Below, piece after piece: positions 33,568 through 35,030 of a stretch of 35,030 nucleotides of DNA. The notes under the pieces are model-generated. The model saw only the letters and a list, made by a program, of their open reading frames with translations. It ran no database searches and was not told the DNA's origin. The DNA is from Paraglomus brasilianum (taxonomy: Eukaryota), in contig CAJVPI010000330.1 in NCBI GenBank assembly GCA_910592345.1, positions 1 to 35,030 on the forward strand, in the 5' to 3' direction. A program made the translations under genes and the position numbers. The number at the start of each line of letters is the position of its first letter. Position 1 is the stretch's first letter.

Positions 33568-34922
33568 ATAGAAAGTAACAGCAAACAGGAGAGAATATTT
33601 AGGGTTGTGAAAAAGTGTGATTACCGGATGAGACATGTAGATCGTAAAAAAGATTGTCATACACGACGTGTTATATACGGAGGCTTCCACAAATGTGTAC
33701 CACATACAGTACATATCAACATCCATCGATCAAAATTATCAAACTACGTCTTACAATTGCCATTCTCGCAAGACTTACACACTTCCAATACCACAATGTC
33801 AGACACTTAATTCCGTGATATTTTCTCTCACTTTCTGTATCCAATCACTACTCAAAATTCAATGGTTCAAACACCTACTACATCCATGCCCACATTCATA
33901 CACAAAGCTCTTCTTAAAAAGCTACTTGAGCCGAGAGAGTTTTCGTTCGTGGTTCTTACGTCTGTATCATTGTTTATTGGTGCAATAATATTGATTGATT
34001 GTCAAGGAAGAGAAGGAGAAGAAATTGGAGAAGAAGAGCAAGAAGGTAAATCAGGGATGATGAATGATGAGGAAACAAGCATGAATGCAACTGGAGGATA
34101 CTGAAAGTCATTGTTTTCGGTATATGTAAAATACGAATTTGGACTATAAGATTAAGAGAGAATGCGTATTACAATTTGATCCACGCTTTCTTTAAATCTG
34201 TTATTGTATACAGTCGCACGGTTTGACTTTTTTATTCCCAACGCTTGTAATTTTATCACATGATTACTATGTGATCCACCTGATAAGCAAACACGTGATA
34301 AACATTGAGAATAAGTTGAAAAATCAGAATGTTTATCATAGGAAGACCAGCGCGCGGGATGTATAAATAGCAAAAGAGAAAGGGACTGTTGTATGGACAA
34401 AGAACATAGAGGTTCAAATAAAGAAAATTTTCATACGACATATTCTTTTCAACGACAAATACTCATTAAGCTTATTTCATAATGTGAATCCTTATAAAAT
34501 TCTCTAGCAGATTTGTAATGTCCTTATCATTCAATCTGCCTTGACGTCAAAGAACTCTTTTCCAACAACTTGAAACCCAAGTTAAAAATGTCGTAATTTA
34601 AAATTAACGACGACCAACATGTTGTTCAGGTTGCTTTCTCAATGCAAATTATATCATCATATAATGGATCACTTATTTAGTTTATCTTTAATACAGCCGT
34701 ATATATGGATTGTTCCGCAGAAATGGAGCGTTTTAATTTCTCCAAATGATTGTTCATAGGCATTGTCAACCGCATGCTGTGTCCTTTGTCCGTACCACTC
34801 GCTTCCCCTTGTTGATTTATACTTCACCTGATTCTCGGGTATAAATACGCTGTCTCTTGCATTTTGAGCGTAATACCCCTTGCATATATCTGGGGGAAGA
34901 AGATGACACACACAGGTGCAAT

Positions 34923-34956
34923 TTGTTGTTGTTGTTGTTGTTGTTGCTGCTGGTGC

Positions 34957-35029
<73 letters not shown>

Positions 35030-35030
35030 G
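34923..35030. repeat. (TTG)n/(CAA)n trinucleotide microsatellite running off the window end
   Basis: About 36 units with one interruption, CTG CTG GTG CTG, near 34947-34958. Confidence 0.97.

Noticed and set aside
34150..34800. Possible MULE/FAR1 (SWIM-like) transposase relic on minus
   Set aside because: Resemblance too weak to support without a profile search.
1..35030. rRNA or tRNA genes
   Set aside because: No recognisable conserved rRNA segments or tRNA cloverleaf seen by eye.

Overview
AT-rich, transposon-littered eukaryotic DNA. A fungal origin, possibly Glomeromycota/Mucoromycota-like, is inferred from the pogo/Tc1 relics and overall style and is not proven. The dominant feature is a cluster of 8 paralogues of an apparently intron-less ~180-aa protein I do not recognise. 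Six copies are intact on + (1558, 6989, 11544, 18750, 24202, 30931) and two are broken on - (15831, 17629). Each protein has a low-complexity N/Y/P/S/T/Q/M-rich, almost lysine-free region built partly from a degenerate 16-aa repeat, the conserved motifs FPSD.G.LDNN and YGYVEN, and a conserved ~30-aa C-terminal module SHGxVIIIxxADIxLERLLSIIQSCERxExIY. Part of the cluster arose from an ~11-12 kb tandem segmental duplication (about 3180-14270 vs 20750-33018), since modified by indels, a micro-inversion and TE insertions. The spacers hold pogo/Tigger and Tc1 relics, several MITEs (one splits paralogue 4 at a TA), a 4.3-kb element with ~300-bp TIRs, a perfect 25-bp-arm palindrome, decayed genes (possible F-box and HMG-box) and a terminal (TTG)n tract. 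All alignments and counts were done by eye.
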